DNA of 32,730 nucleotides from a virus (lineage: Duplodnaviria; Caudoviricetes), in IMG/VR virus record IMGVR_UViG_3300005077_000069, positions 1 through 32,730 of that record. The stretch is one strand, 5' to 3'. How positions within the stretch are numbered: the first letter of the stretch is position 1; each line of letters starts with the position of its first letter. Under the pieces are notes generated by a model. That model worked only from the letters and a program-made list of their open reading frames with translations. It was not told where the DNA came from and did no database searches. Of the stretch, positions 17,857 to 28,092 are shown piece after piece. Made by a program: the position numbers and the translations under genes.

Positions 17857-19664
17857 TGAGAACATTAGGAGTACAGGGTGAAAACCTGCCAAGCAAAAAG
17901 AATTTAGTTGTTGAAGCGTCCGATTTTTTAATCGGTGGACTTATCGGAAGGTTTGAGCGTTCCTATGTTCTTCCTTTCGTTGTCCAGAACATGAAAGAGT
18001 TCCAAGAAATATTTGGAATAAATGCAAGTTCAAGCTGGTATGGATATGACAGCGTAAATCTATTTTTCAGCAACGTAGTAGGAACGAACGCAAAGCTTTA
18101 TGTTAAAAGTCATGTTGGAAATACAGGTTCGGCTATAGATGCAATTCAAGCAACAGCAAATATAGCAGATACGTTTCCGTCAACTCCAGAGACCACGCTT
18201 GTATTTGGAGCAGCTTACAAAGGAAACATAGAATATGGAACTCATGGAAACAGAATAGGCTACACTATAACAGGAGGCGCGAGGTTTACTACTGCTTGCG
18301 ATGGTGATCCTGTGACATCTAATTATTATGTAATTCTCGATTCAGTTGCAGGGATTAAAGTGGGAGACCTATTAAAGTTCACTCATTCGACAACTTATGT
18401 TTATCAGAAAGTAACAGAGATAGATGAGTCTGCAAGAAAGGTTACTTTTGCAATAGCCTTTGGTGATGCTACATTCGTTGACGGTGATAAATGTGAGGTA
18501 TGGGGAATAAGAGTAAGGGTTTATGAAAAATCTTTAACAGGTATAGAGAAAGAAGTTGAAACAGAAATCGGGAAAATATACTGTTCTCTTGAAAGTGAAG
18601 TCTCTGATTATTACATAGACAATGTTTTTGCAAATCATAAGTTTATGTCTATAACGTCTCAGACTCACACCGGAACGCACACGTTATTAACAAAATATCC
18701 GGCAGACGTTTCAACTGTAACATATCTTGCGAGTGGGACAGCCGGTACTACTCCGACAACTTTTGCTCACTGGATATATGGAAACCAGTCCGCTTTTGAT
18801 AATTTGCCGGTAAGAATACTTGCAAACTGTGAAACTACTCTGGCAACAGTCCATGCAAGTCTTGAAACATATTGTCAGGCAAGATGGGATAACCCGAAAG
18901 TATTGCCTAATTGTGCAAGCAATCAGACGCTTGCTCAGTTGCAAGCTATTGGACAGGGCTATCAAAGGTCTGATGCTGTTCTTACCACTCTGGTTGCCCA
19001 TTGGGTTGAAATAACAGACCCTTTTGCAAGTTCAGATATTGCACCGGCAAGGGAAGTTCCGAGTGTAGGGGCTGTAATGGGCGCTTACATTAGAACAATA
19101 GGAACTCTTGGAATACATTATATTCCGGTAAAACAGACTCCTCTGTTTGGTGTAATCGGTGTAGTTGGGACTCAATTCACGTCAGATGTTGACAGAACAA
19201 CTCTTGCTGATGCTGGAGTAAACTGTATTGAATACCTGTCTGGATATGGCTATGTAATAAGAAACTTTTTTACAGGGTCAACAACAACAGAATTTAAATT
19301 TACCAATGGATTGCTCATGAGAGATTTTATAAAAGTCTCTGGAGTTGACAGCTTAAATAGTTCCGAAAATCAGCCAAACGCATTTAATAGAATACTGGAA
19401 GATAAGATGGCAATGATTTCGTTCCTTAGAAGGTTGTGGGATCAGGGCTCAACTGGTTCTGTTCCAAAAGGGGAGACATTTGGCGTAAGTCTTACGTCCG
19501 ATGGATCATTGACCAGATTTGAAGATCATGTTGAAGTTGTTGCGGATATTGTGAATAATCCGTCTGACAGGATTGCACTTGGCGAAAGAAATATTGATGT
19601 TTATTATACTTATCCTGCCCCTGCCGGCTCAATTAGAGTAAGGGTTGGAATTATGCTTAAATAA
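17856..19664 (+). CDS. tail sheath protein
   Basis: 602 aa; GLIGRFERS, EFQEIFG, G..GNRI, VPSVGAVMG, LADAGVNCI, NNP.DRI..G...IDVYY.YPAPA. Confidence 0.9.
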   Translation: MRTLGVQGENLPSKKNLVVEASDFLIGGLIGRFERSYVLPFVVQNMKEFQEIFGINASSSWYGYDSVNLFFSNVVGTNAKLYVKSHVGNTGSAIDAIQATANIADTFPSTPETTLVFGAAYKGNIEYGTHGNRIGYTITGGARFTTACDGDPVTSNYYVILDSVAGIKVGDLLKFTHSTTYVYQKVTEIDESARKVTFAIAFGDATFVDGDKCEVWGIRVRVYEKSLTGIEKEVETEIGKIYCSLESEVSDYYIDNVFANHKFMSITSQTHTGTHTLLTKYPADVSTVTYLASGTAGTTPTTFAHWIYGNQSAFDNLPVRILANCETTLATVHASLETYCQARWDNPKVLPNCASNQTLAQLQAIGQGYQRSDAVLTTLVAHWVEITDPFASSDIAPAREVPSVGAVMGAYIRTIGTLGIHYIPVKQTPLFGVIGVVGTQFTSDVDRTTLADAGVNCIEYLSGYGYVIRNFFTGSTTTEFKFTNGLLMRDFIKVSGVDSLNSSENQPNAFNRILEDKMAMISFLRRLWDQGSTGSVPKGETFGVSLTSDGSLTRFEDHVEVVADIVNNPSDRIALGERNIDVYYTYPAPAGSIRVRVGIMLK

Positions 19665-19675
19665 GGAGAATAGAA

Positions 19676-20095
19676 ATGCAACAATCATACGATATGGCAG
19701 AAAAGAATAGGGTTTATGTGGATGGCGAAGAGCTTGCCGGACTGGTAAACTTTGGTGAAATATCCTTAGAGGTATCTCAGATAGAAGTTCCAGAGTTTGA
19801 AATCACAAGGCTTATAGATAGCGGAGTTAGTAAAATTCCTGCGGTTGAGTTAACCTATAAGATTGCAAGAGAAAGTAAAACTCTGAAATATTTACAGGAT
19901 TGGTTTTTCAATAAAGAAAGCCATGATATAACGAAAGTCAGAGTTGATGCAGGTGGAGTCGAATTTGCAAGAACATTGTTACCATCGTGCAGGTGTGTAG
20001 GGTATTCTGAGCCTGCTTATGATGCCTCAAGTCCGACTTATGCTCAGTGCAAAATAAAAGTTGCACCTTGGGACATTTTTCCCGTTCAATCTTAA
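19676..20095 (+). CDS. tail tube protein
   Basis: 139 aa directly after the sheath; gp19-like size and beta pattern. Confidence 0.8.
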   Translation: MQQSYDMAEKNRVYVDGEELAGLVNFGEISLEVSQIEVPEFEITRLIDSGVSKIPAVELTYKIARESKTLKYLQDWFFNKESHDITKVRVDAGGVEFARTLLPSCRCVGYSEPAYDASSPTYAQCKIKVAPWDIFPVQS

Positions 20096-20107
20096 TAGGA
20101 GACTATA

Positions 20108-20947
20108 ATGTTAATAAAACTGCCGATACCTATTTATTTCAATGGAGAAGTTTATGCGACTGACATAGAAATAAAAAAGCCGAACGCAGGATGTATAGCA
20201 GATGCAAAAAAAATATCAGACTCAGAAGATCCTTATGGGGCTATTGCTTTTTTCATAGCCTCATGTACTGAGTCTTTGGAAACCGTTAATGGAAGTGTGG
20301 CAGATAAGGGTATAATTAAAAATGCTATAAGAAATATGCCCTATCGTTCAGCAGAGTATGTTTTTATAAAAATAATGCTGTTAAGACATTCAGATGATGG
20401 TGTAGAGGGAATTTATTTTTGTCCTCGTTGCAGAACTCAGATAATATGTGAGGCTAAAAAAGATAAGGCGTCTGGAGAAATAATTTCAGACACCAGAGAT
20501 TTTATAAACCAGATGCCTGTAAATTATACGGATGGTTTTGCGACAATAAGACATGAGCTTAGTGATAGAATAGAGATAAGAACAACAGATGACAGAGTTC
20601 TTGAAACAATAGAATCCTTTACTATGAGACATCCCACTCTTGCCGATGCAATATCTGGGATGAGAAGAGCAGATAAGAGGGATGAACTCAGATGCCAGTT
20701 TGGAACATACGTAGAAAGTTTGCTTGAAATAAATGATCAGAAGATTGATTCTAAGTGGAAAAATAACTACGGTATGATTATGTTTGATAAAGCTGACATT
20801 GAAAATGATTTATATGAAATATCAAGAAAGGTCAATGAGTTTGGAATCGAAAAGAGAGTTGACCGGACTTGTCCAAATTGCGGAAAAGAGTGGAGGTCTA
20901 TAATCAATACCTCAAATTTTTTCGATTTAGAAGCTCAGCTTATGTAA
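20108..20947 (+). CDS. tail/baseplate assembly chaperone (G-like), two Zn-binding CxxC motifs
   Basis: Between tube and tape measure; two repeated halves with CPRC and CPNC; ends in SNFF. Confidence 0.7.
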   Translation: MLIKLPIPIYFNGEVYATDIEIKKPNAGCIADAKKISDSEDPYGAIAFFIASCTESLETVNGSVADKGIIKNAIRNMPYRSAEYVFIKIMLLRHSDDGVEGIYFCPRCRTQIICEAKKDKASGEIISDTRDFINQMPVNYTDGFATIRHELSDRIEIRTTDDRVLETIESFTMRHPTLADAISGMRRADKRDELRCQFGTYVESLLEINDQKIDSKWKNNYGMIMFDKADIENDLYEISRKVNEFGIEKRVDRTCPNCGKEWRSIINTSNFFDLEAQLM

Positions 20948-21162
20948 GAGGGGAAGTCGATGGGGCTGGGTGGATTTTTAACAGCATCGAGTTTATAGAT
21001 TTTAATTCACTTGCTTTTATAAATGAATCTTATGTAATATCACAAATAACAAATGGTGGGTTTACATATAGAGATTTAAGAGAAATGGATTTTAACGATT
21101 ATGAAGAAATCGTAAAATTAACGAAACCAATTGCAGAAAAAATGGAAGGAGGCGGACAATGA
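20917..21162 (+). CDS. -1 frameshift extension (T part of GT chaperone)
   Basis: Slippery heptamer T TTT TTC at 20917-20923; the -1 frame is open to TGA 21162 and lacks a credible independent start. Confidence 0.75.
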   Translation, partial: FFRFRSSAYVRGEVDGAGWIFNSIEFIDFNSLAFINESYVISQITNGGFTYRDLREMDFNDYEEIVKLTKPIAEKMEGGGQ

Positions 21163-22388
21163 CAGAAGACGTGAGCTTGACATTCGATCCGACAAGTTTT
21201 ATAAATGGAATAAACAAGATAAGCTCTGCAATGGCAAGTTTTGAAGGGAAAACAAAAGAGCAGGGAGAAAAAGTAAACAAGACCACAGGCGGAATGTCTG
21301 CATTTATGGTTGCCAAAGGTCAAATAATGGCAACTATGATTATGGGAGCTTTTAGCAAAGCTTTTAACTTTATAAAAGGCGGATTGCCTGAGCTTGGAAA
21401 AGCGTTCTCTATTTCATCAGATATAATACAAAGAAACCTTTTATGGCCACTAAGAAAAGAACTTGCACCCATACTCCAGAAGATGCTTAATTGGGTCAGG
21501 GATCACAGGGCAATGTTTGTTAGATGGGGCGGAACTCTTGTAAATATATTCAGGGCTATATCCGCAGTATTTAAGGGTTTTATAAATGGCGTAAAAGCTC
21601 TTCTTGCCCCAATAGCAGAAAAGATTAAAAGTTTGTTTGGAGGGATTGGTGGTGGAATAAGCGACATATTTAATGTTGTGTTGTTTAAAATAACAGCAGT
21701 AATATTATTTATGCAGGTTGCATTTTTACCTATTCTTGAAAGAATTGGTTCAGCGATAGGCTGGATGATAGAGGCAGTAGGGAGTTTTTTCAGTGGGTTT
21801 AAAGATGGAATATCAGGAATTTCTGCGCCATTCTCAGATTTAATAAATCAGTTTGTTCAATTGCTTGATTTGCTTGGGTTGAGTTCGGAGCAATCAGGAA
21901 TCCTTTTTAATGTATTTAAGACAATAGGTGATTTTGTTGGTACTTATTTATCTGTTGCAATATCAGAGTTGGCAAATAAAATAGATACCCTTGTTACCGG
22001 CATCAAGAACATGGTTGATGGGATTTCATGGGCTAAAGCTAAATTGTTTGGTACGGCTCAGGAGGCAGATGCTATAGCGAGCAGAATGGAGAAAAGGAGT
22101 CAGGATTTTGAAAAAAGAGAAAAAGCAAGAGCGGATTTTCAAAGAAAAGCCACAAGCGATTTAGGAAACAGGACTGTTGAGAGATTTTCACCGACAAGTA
22201 AAACGTCTTCGAAAAATATAACGGCTAACTCAAAGGTTGTTGTAGAAAAAATTGAAATAAAAGTTGCACAGGGAGAAGACCCCAAAAAAGTCGGAGCAGG
22301 ATTTATCGAAGGAATGAATAAGAAGAATAGTCAGGCTTTTAAGAACATGATACTTGATGAACAGGGAGCAATGGGAGGTCAGTTTTGA
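21159..22388 (+). CDS. short tape measure protein
   Basis: Follows the chaperone; N-terminal VSLTFD...F..G; amphipathic repeats with periodic F/W; GGAGG RBS; 409 aa. Confidence 0.75.
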   Translation: MTEDVSLTFDPTSFINGINKISSAMASFEGKTKEQGEKVNKTTGGMSAFMVAKGQIMATMIMGAFSKAFNFIKGGLPELGKAFSISSDIIQRNLLWPLRKELAPILQKMLNWVRDHRAMFVRWGGTLVNIFRAISAVFKGFINGVKALLAPIAEKIKSLFGGIGGGISDIFNVVLFKITAVILFMQVAFLPILERIGSAIGWMIEAVGSFFSGFKDGISGISAPFSDLINQFVQLLDLLGLSSEQSGILFNVFKTIGDFVGTYLSVAISELANKIDTLVTGIKNMVDGISWAKAKLFGTAQEADAIASRMEKRSQDFEKREKARADFQRKATSDLGNRTVERFSPTSKTSSKNITANSKVVVEKIEIKVAQGEDPKKVGAGFIEGMNKKNSQAFKNMILDEQGAMGGQF

Positions 22389-22984
22389 TAAATCTTAATA
22401 TCCCGAAATTTCCGTTTAATGTGCCGTTTTTTATTTTTGATATATCAAACAAACAGCTTATTACTACTCCAAACTTGCCGTCGGATATAGCAGATTCGAA
22501 AGACATCATATTGGCTGAAAATCCGATAGCAGGTTTAAACTATAGCCCTATTACACAGGGTGGCGGAGGGAACAGAAAAATATCTTTTACTTTGCCCTGT
22601 ATAAAAACTAATAATACTGTTGGAAATTTATTATTATTAAAGCAGTTTGATATGCTCAGAAATCAGACCGTTGGGATATTTAATCTGACATCCAGTGCAG
22701 GGCAATTTAATCCTTTTCCGAAGGTTTTGTTTTATTATGGAACAGGGTCAATACCTCTCGTGTATTATGTAAAAAAATGTAATGCCACTCACAAGCAGGG
22801 CTGGGTAAATGCTATGGGGTATCCTCAGTTTTCAGAAATAGAAATGGAGCTGTGGCTTGACGAAAATCACCCTCTATATAAGGGTGAAGAAATATTCAGA
22901 AAGCTGTCGGCTTTTACTGGCATGGTGTTAAATACAGTAGATACAATAAGCTCACAAGTAAAAAGAGATACAAGGAGATATTAA
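22385..22984 (+). CDS. tail tube initiator / baseplate protein (P2 gpU / T4 gp48-54-like)
   Basis: Position after the TMP; PIAGLNYSP, RKISFTL, P.PKVLF.YG. Confidence 0.65.
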   Translation: MINLNIPKFPFNVPFFIFDISNKQLITTPNLPSDIADSKDIILAENPIAGLNYSPITQGGGGNRKISFTLPCIKTNNTVGNLLLLKQFDMLRNQTVGIFNLTSSAGQFNPFPKVLFYYGTGSIPLVYYVKKCNATHKQGWVNAMGYPQFSEIEMELWLDENHPLYKGEEIFRKLSAFTGMVLNTVDTISSQVKRDTRRY

Positions 22985-22985
22985 A

Positions 22986-23264
22986 ATGTGGTTATCGCAA
23001 ACTGAGAATATATCTTTTACTTGGCTTGATGGATTTACTTATAATATAAAAGACGTGAAAACGCTTGAGTCTTATGAAAGATTTATTGAAATAGACTTGA
23101 AGAAAAATGAAAGGCTTGATGAAATTGCAAGCAGACCAGAGATATTTGGAGAGTTTGCAGAAGATATGTCATTTCTGTTGTTTGAGGCTAATGTTGAAAA
23201 AATTGTCGAAAATGATTTTGACTTAAATAAATTTAAAAAATTAAGGATTCCAGTGGTGTCATGA
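22986..23264 (+). CDS. P2 gpX / LysM-like baseplate protein
   Basis: ERLDEIA....FG.......LLFEAN...LRIP. Confidence 0.65.
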   Translation: MWLSQTENISFTWLDGFTYNIKDVKTLESYERFIEIDLKKNERLDEIASRPEIFGEFAEDMSFLLFEANVEKIVENDFDLNKFKKLRIPVVS

Positions 23265-24610
23265 TAGGTTTTCAGAATTACGATAGCTCATTTGTTCAGT
23301 TACAGGTTGAAGGCTTTACTGATAAAAATCTTGGCTTTTCTGGAGGATTTGAAGGAAAGGTTATAACTAAAAATTATATAAAGCAGGATATATCCGACAG
23401 AATTTTATCAGTTGAAATAACCGAAGAAATGGGCAAGATAATAACAGGAAATATCCAGTTGCTTGATTATGACGATATGAGGCTCACCAATTCGTTGAAA
23501 GGGAAAAGAATAAATTTAAAGTGGGGGTATGCCAATATTGACTCATCCGGACAGCTCGAATATAGAAAACAGCAGAATCCTCAAGAATTATATTCTCCAG
23601 ACCTCGTAACCAGAGTTGTGTCCGGAAGAATAAAAAACCCCTCTGGCGGTGGAGACGAAAACGGAACTTTTACTTTCAATTGTTCATTTATGGGTAACGA
23701 ATTTCTCGACAAGGACGAAAGAAAGAAAAGAAAGCCTTTTACATCAGGGACAAAGAAAGATGTAATAATTAAAATATTTGAATATATGGGAATAGATAAA
23801 TATTATATTGATTTCAGAAGACAAAACGAAAAAGTTACAAGAAATACTGCAATCAGACAAAATGTAAATAATTTTAAATTTTTATCAAACAAGTCGAGCG
23901 AATGGAGGGCAATGTTTAGAATTGCTACATCGAAAAATCCGATAGACCCTACAGCCGATCCGCCTGAATACGGGATGGTAGGCTTGTTTTGTGATTATGA
24001 TAAAGATGTTGTAATCAAGTCTTTTCTTGAAGATACTCTTGGTGCGTCAGGAGATTCCTGTTTTTTTGAATATAAGCTTTCCGGGTCGCCCAATGTCAAA
24101 TCTTATACTTGGCAACAGCATCAGGGAGCGTCTGGAGCAGGAGATAATGTTCAGGTTCAGGTGGTAAACGGGAAAACCGAATTTTATTATACTCAAGCTA
24201 AATCGGAAACAGTCAAATACTACAAACTTAATACAGCTAAAATGCAAAAGGAATTATCAAAACAGGGAAGTATAGCGAGTCAATCTCAATGGCTTGAAAA
24301 AATGTTTGCCGAAGCTAATCAGGGAATGGATAATCTTGTTCAAAAAAAATACTTTATCCCTGTAAATGAAACTACTGCACCTCAAGGCATAGGACTTTCG
24401 ATGACCCTTGAAACAATAGGAAATCCGCTTTATACTTGCCCTGCCAGAGCAAAATTTGGAAAAGGTTTTCCTGATTTTTTTTTATCCAATAAAAAACGGT
24501 TGACATTTTATCAGGTCAGAGTAACTCATAAAATAAGCAGGGCTGGATATAACTGCACTATTCAGATAGCAGATGCATTTACTGTGTCTGGAGGAAGTTT
24601 GGTCGGATAA
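23261..24610 (+). CDS. baseplate hub protein (P2 gpD / T4 gp27-like)
   Basis: ILSVEITEE, LKWGY, TIGNP, VTHKISRAGY. Confidence 0.75.
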   Translation: MIGFQNYDSSFVQLQVEGFTDKNLGFSGGFEGKVITKNYIKQDISDRILSVEITEEMGKIITGNIQLLDYDDMRLTNSLKGKRINLKWGYANIDSSGQLEYRKQQNPQELYSPDLVTRVVSGRIKNPSGGGDENGTFTFNCSFMGNEFLDKDERKKRKPFTSGTKKDVIIKIFEYMGIDKYYIDFRRQNEKVTRNTAIRQNVNNFKFLSNKSSEWRAMFRIATSKNPIDPTADPPEYGMVGLFCDYDKDVVIKSFLEDTLGASGDSCFFEYKLSGSPNVKSYTWQQHQGASGAGDNVQVQVVNGKTEFYYTQAKSETVKYYKLNTAKMQKELSKQGSIASQSQWLEKMFAEANQGMDNLVQKKYFIPVNETTAPQGIGLSMTLETIGNPLYTCPARAKFGKGFPDFFLSNKKRLTFYQVRVTHKISRAGYNCTIQIADAFTVSGGSLVG

Positions 24611-25248
24611 TGGCAGATAAGACAAACAGTTTATACGGTATGATTTGTGAAATAGTGAGACAGGAAACAATTTACCTGCGACATTACATTGGTCAAGTTT
24701 TATCGAATACTGATGAAGAAAATATCGGGTGTGTTCAAGTTGCCATTCCGGAGCTTGGATGGACTACGGAAGAAGAGTCGCCATGGTGTTATCCCAGAGA
24801 AAGGCACGCAATGTCAGTTCCCTTAGTAGGGGAATGGGTTGAGGTATATTTTTTATCAGGAAACATTGACAAGCCTGTTTATATCGGGAATTGCGGAGAA
24901 ATGAAAAAGGATGATAATAAAAACTGTATTCCGGAATGGTTTGACGGCTATCCTGAAACAAGAGTTATATACCAAAGCCCTAATAGCAAAAAGGGAATAA
25001 AGCTAAATGAAACAGACGGAATAATGACAATTGATTCAGATGAAATTGAGCTTATAGATGGAAGTGAAGAACCTTTCGTTTTAGGTGATAAGCTTGAGTC
25101 ATATTTGACTGATTTTATAAATAATGCCTTTAATTTACATACGCATCCTTACGTTGATACTCCAGTAGGTGCAAGCGTAACAAGTCCGCCATCTGTATCG
25201 GCAACAGCACCAACTGATATTTTATCTGAGAAAATAAGGGGGCAATAA
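24610..25248 (+). CDS. baseplate spike (gpV / gp5 OB-fold)
   Basis: GQVLSN.D....G.VQV.IP, VPLVGEWVEVYF.SG..DKPVYIG, C-terminal HTH iron-binding motif (NLHTHP). Confidence 0.85.
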   Translation: MADKTNSLYGMICEIVRQETIYLRHYIGQVLSNTDEENIGCVQVAIPELGWTTEEESPWCYPRERHAMSVPLVGEWVEVYFLSGNIDKPVYIGNCGEMKKDDNKNCIPEWFDGYPETRVIYQSPNSKKGIKLNETDGIMTIDSDEIELIDGSEEPFVLGDKLESYLTDFINNAFNLHTHPYVDTPVGASVTSPPSVSATAPTDILSEKIRGQ

Positions 25249-25649
25249 TGACAAATCTCGATGCATTATCAGATATAAATATCTTTTTTTCGTACGGAAG
25301 TCTTGACACCGAGCTTGAAATTGAGCATAATTTAATCAGTGCTTTATTGCAAAAAGAAAGGTCGTTTTATTATAACAGGTCTGATAGCGTGGGAATTGAT
25401 TCTTATGAAAATCATCCGAACAATTTATTATTACAAATTTATTTAAGATTTCAAATTGCAAGTTGGGCTAATCTATATAATGGCTATACTGGAGACGGAA
25501 CAAACGGAAGTAAAGAGAGAAGAATAGCAGTAAGTCAGTTTTCTATCTTGTTTGAACAGGAAAACGACAGTTTGGATATAGATGTTCAGTATTTAACGTT
25601 TTCGGATTATGCACAAATAAAAAGCTTAAAAACATCGGTAGGTATATAA
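25248..25649 (+). CDS. gp25/gpW-like sheath initiator
   Basis: Between spike and J; LLQ...SFYYNRS..VG, ERRI. Confidence 0.6.
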   Translation: MTNLDALSDINIFFSYGSLDTELEIEHNLISALLQKERSFYYNRSDSVGIDSYENHPNNLLLQIYLRFQIASWANLYNGYTGDGTNGSKERRIAVSQFSILFEQENDSLDIDVQYLTFSDYAQIKSLKTSVGI

Positions 25650-27424
25650 TGACAAATCCAATAATACAGTATTCGAGCAGAACGTTCAACACTATTCTTT
25701 CCGACATAAACAGCAATCCTGATTTAAAAGATAAACCTGAGTGGTTTAAAAGGCTTTGGGCAGGTGTTGGAGACATGTTGTCCATGCAATTAAATGCACA
25801 GGCAAATAATTGTTATCTTGAAACATCGTTTACACAAGATATGACTGATAAGATACTTGCTTTAATTGATTACCAGAGATCGGCAAGAACTACTGCGTCC
25901 GGAATAGTGTTGTTTTATATAAAAAGAACGTCAAGTTTTCCGATCACACTTTCGGTTTCGGAGCAGGTTGCATCAAGTCAGGGCGGAACGTCTGTATCAA
26001 GCCTTAGATACGAAGGTAGAGCAGTTGCAACGCTGACAGCGTTTTCAGACACCTTTACGACCGACCATGCAACGGATGAGTTGACAGTTGCGAGAACAGG
26101 AGGCTATTATACCGGTGATATTGTCACGCTTTCTACAACAGGAGCTTTGCCGTCTGCAACTGGAGGCGGATTGACAGCAGGAACGGATTACTATGCGATT
26201 TATGTTTCCGACACAGTAATAAAGCTTGCAAGAACTCTTGCTCTTGCTCTTGCAGGTACGGCTATAGCCTTAACCGATAATGGCTCTGGAACACACACGG
26301 CAACTCTGTGGTCTCATGAAGTTACAATGTATCAGCAAACATCACAAAGTAGCGTAACAATAGGAACATCTGACGGAATAACAGGTTTTCAGAAATTTGA
26401 CCTTCCGGATAAAAACGTATTGCCTGATACTCTTGTTGTAGCAGTAGGAGGCGATACATATACCGCAGTAGATACTTTTGTTTATTCGTCTGCAACAGAT
26501 AAGCATTATAGATTTGGAATGAAATCTGATGATGCGTGTTATATAGAATTTGGGAATGGCGATGGAGCAACAGAGGGGTACGGTTTAATTCCGCCAAACT
26601 TTGACGTAATCGTTTCGTATGGTTATGGCGGAGGAGCTGATAGCAATGTTACGATTGCAAATAAAATAAACACTTACTCAGGTGGAAATTCTGATGTTGA
26701 TTTTGTAAGTAATCCGGAAGAAGTTACTGGTGGAAATGATAGAGAGTCAGTGTCAATAGCCAAACAGCTTGCCCCCATATTACTGAAAACCAGAGACAGG
26801 TTCGTTACCGTAGAAGATGGAGAGGCATTGGCTATAAACTATGGCGGAATAGCAAGGGTTAAGATTAACAAGAATGTATATGGAATCGGATCATGTGAAG
26901 TTGTTATTGTACCTTATGGCGGTGGTTCTCCCTCTGGAGCTTTAAAGACTGCATTGCAGACTTATTTAATAAGTAAGACTATTCTCGAGTCAATAGATGT
27001 TCGGGTGGTAGATCCTTCGTATTTAACAAAAAATGTTGTGTCTGACTTAAAGGTTCTTGCCGGATATTCGTCCTCTATAACGAAGAGCTATTATGAGCTT
27101 GCAGTTGCACTGTTTTTCAGTTCTATAACATACCAGATACAGCAAGTATATTTAACTACTGGAATTGGAACTGCGGTAGATTTAATAAACAGCTCTTGGT
27201 CATTGTCTTTTACTTCTGCTGATTATATTCAGATACAGAGATTGCTTGATGCAATAACCGCAGTAGATTTTAATGATACATTGCAAATATCAGATTTTTA
27301 TGGAATAATGAATACTTTTGTTGATGGAGTAGATTATTGTACTATATCAGCACCGACTTTCCCGATTTCGCTTGGGACGGATGAAATAACAGAAATTGGA
27401 ACCATAACCACAACGATATTATAA
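25649..27424 (+). CDS. baseplate wedge J / gp6-like protein with inserted accessory domain
   Basis: YSSRTF..I, IEFGNG....G.IP, GG.DRES, RDRFVTVED; insertion at about aa 133-220. Confidence 0.88.
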   Translation: MTNPIIQYSSRTFNTILSDINSNPDLKDKPEWFKRLWAGVGDMLSMQLNAQANNCYLETSFTQDMTDKILALIDYQRSARTTASGIVLFYIKRTSSFPITLSVSEQVASSQGGTSVSSLRYEGRAVATLTAFSDTFTTDHATDELTVARTGGYYTGDIVTLSTTGALPSATGGGLTAGTDYYAIYVSDTVIKLARTLALALAGTAIALTDNGSGTHTATLWSHEVTMYQQTSQSSVTIGTSDGITGFQKFDLPDKNVLPDTLVVAVGGDTYTAVDTFVYSSATDKHYRFGMKSDDACYIEFGNGDGATEGYGLIPPNFDVIVSYGYGGGADSNVTIANKINTYSGGNSDVDFVSNPEEVTGGNDRESVSIAKQLAPILLKTRDRFVTVEDGEALAINYGGIARVKINKNVYGIGSCEVVIVPYGGGSPSGALKTALQTYLISKTILESIDVRVVDPSYLTKNVVSDLKVLAGYSSSITKSYYELAVALFFSSITYQIQQVYLTTGIGTAVDLINSSWSLSFTSADYIQIQRLLDAITAVDFNDTLQISDFYGIMNTFVDGVDYCTISAPTFPISLGTDEITEIGTITTTIL

Positions 27425-28083
27425 TGTTACCACTGCCAACAATAGACTATATACCGAAAATTTTTAAAGACAGAGCGACTGATGAAACTATTGCTTTGAC
27501 TGATAAAATGGATGAGCATATTGCAGAACTGTTTACGGATGTAAAAGGCATTGCAAATCTGCTTGACGTGAATAAATGTCCGTCTAATTATTTAACATAT
27601 CTTGGGTATATGTTAAATGCTGACGTTCAGACTATAGATTCAGACAGAACGAAAAGGCAAAAAATATACAGTGCAATACAGACTCATAAAAGAAGAGGCT
27701 CTTGGGAATTTCATGCAAAACTTATTGTTGATGCTATAACAGGGTATAATGCAGTAAGATATGTCATAACAGATTCAGACGATTGGATTCTTTGCGGAGA
27801 CGGTATCGTTGAGACTGCAACAGAATGGGCAATTCTTGGCGGTGACGGAACAAGCCCCTATGGGTTTTCTTTGATAGGGGACGGAACAGAAGTAGAAGTA
27901 TGGGGAAATATTTATATTGACTTGCATTATGGAGTATATACGGATGTATTAACAGCAGACCAGATACAGCAGATAGTAGATGCTATATCAGAGGATATTG
28001 TCCCAGCGTATGTTAGGGTTTATCTTGGGTACGTACCGACAACCGGTGGTTTTACTGTTTATTCCGGTGGAATTATAACATAG
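27424..28083 (+). CDS. P2 gpI-like baseplate wedge protein
   Basis: LLDVNKCP..YL.YLGYML, HKRRGS, IVPAY. Confidence 0.75.
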   Translation: MLPLPTIDYIPKIFKDRATDETIALTDKMDEHIAELFTDVKGIANLLDVNKCPSNYLTYLGYMLNADVQTIDSDRTKRQKIYSAIQTHKRRGSWEFHAKLIVDAITGYNAVRYVITDSDDWILCGDGIVETATEWAILGGDGTSPYGFSLIGDGTEVEVWGNIYIDLHYGVYTDVLTADQIQQIVDAISEDIVPAYVRVYLGYVPTTGGFTVYSGGIIT

Positions 28084-28092
28084 GAGAAATAT

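Noticed and set aside
26236-26253. CTTGCT tandem repeat (LALALA)
   Set aside because: Three short in-frame coding units; no evidence of phase variation.
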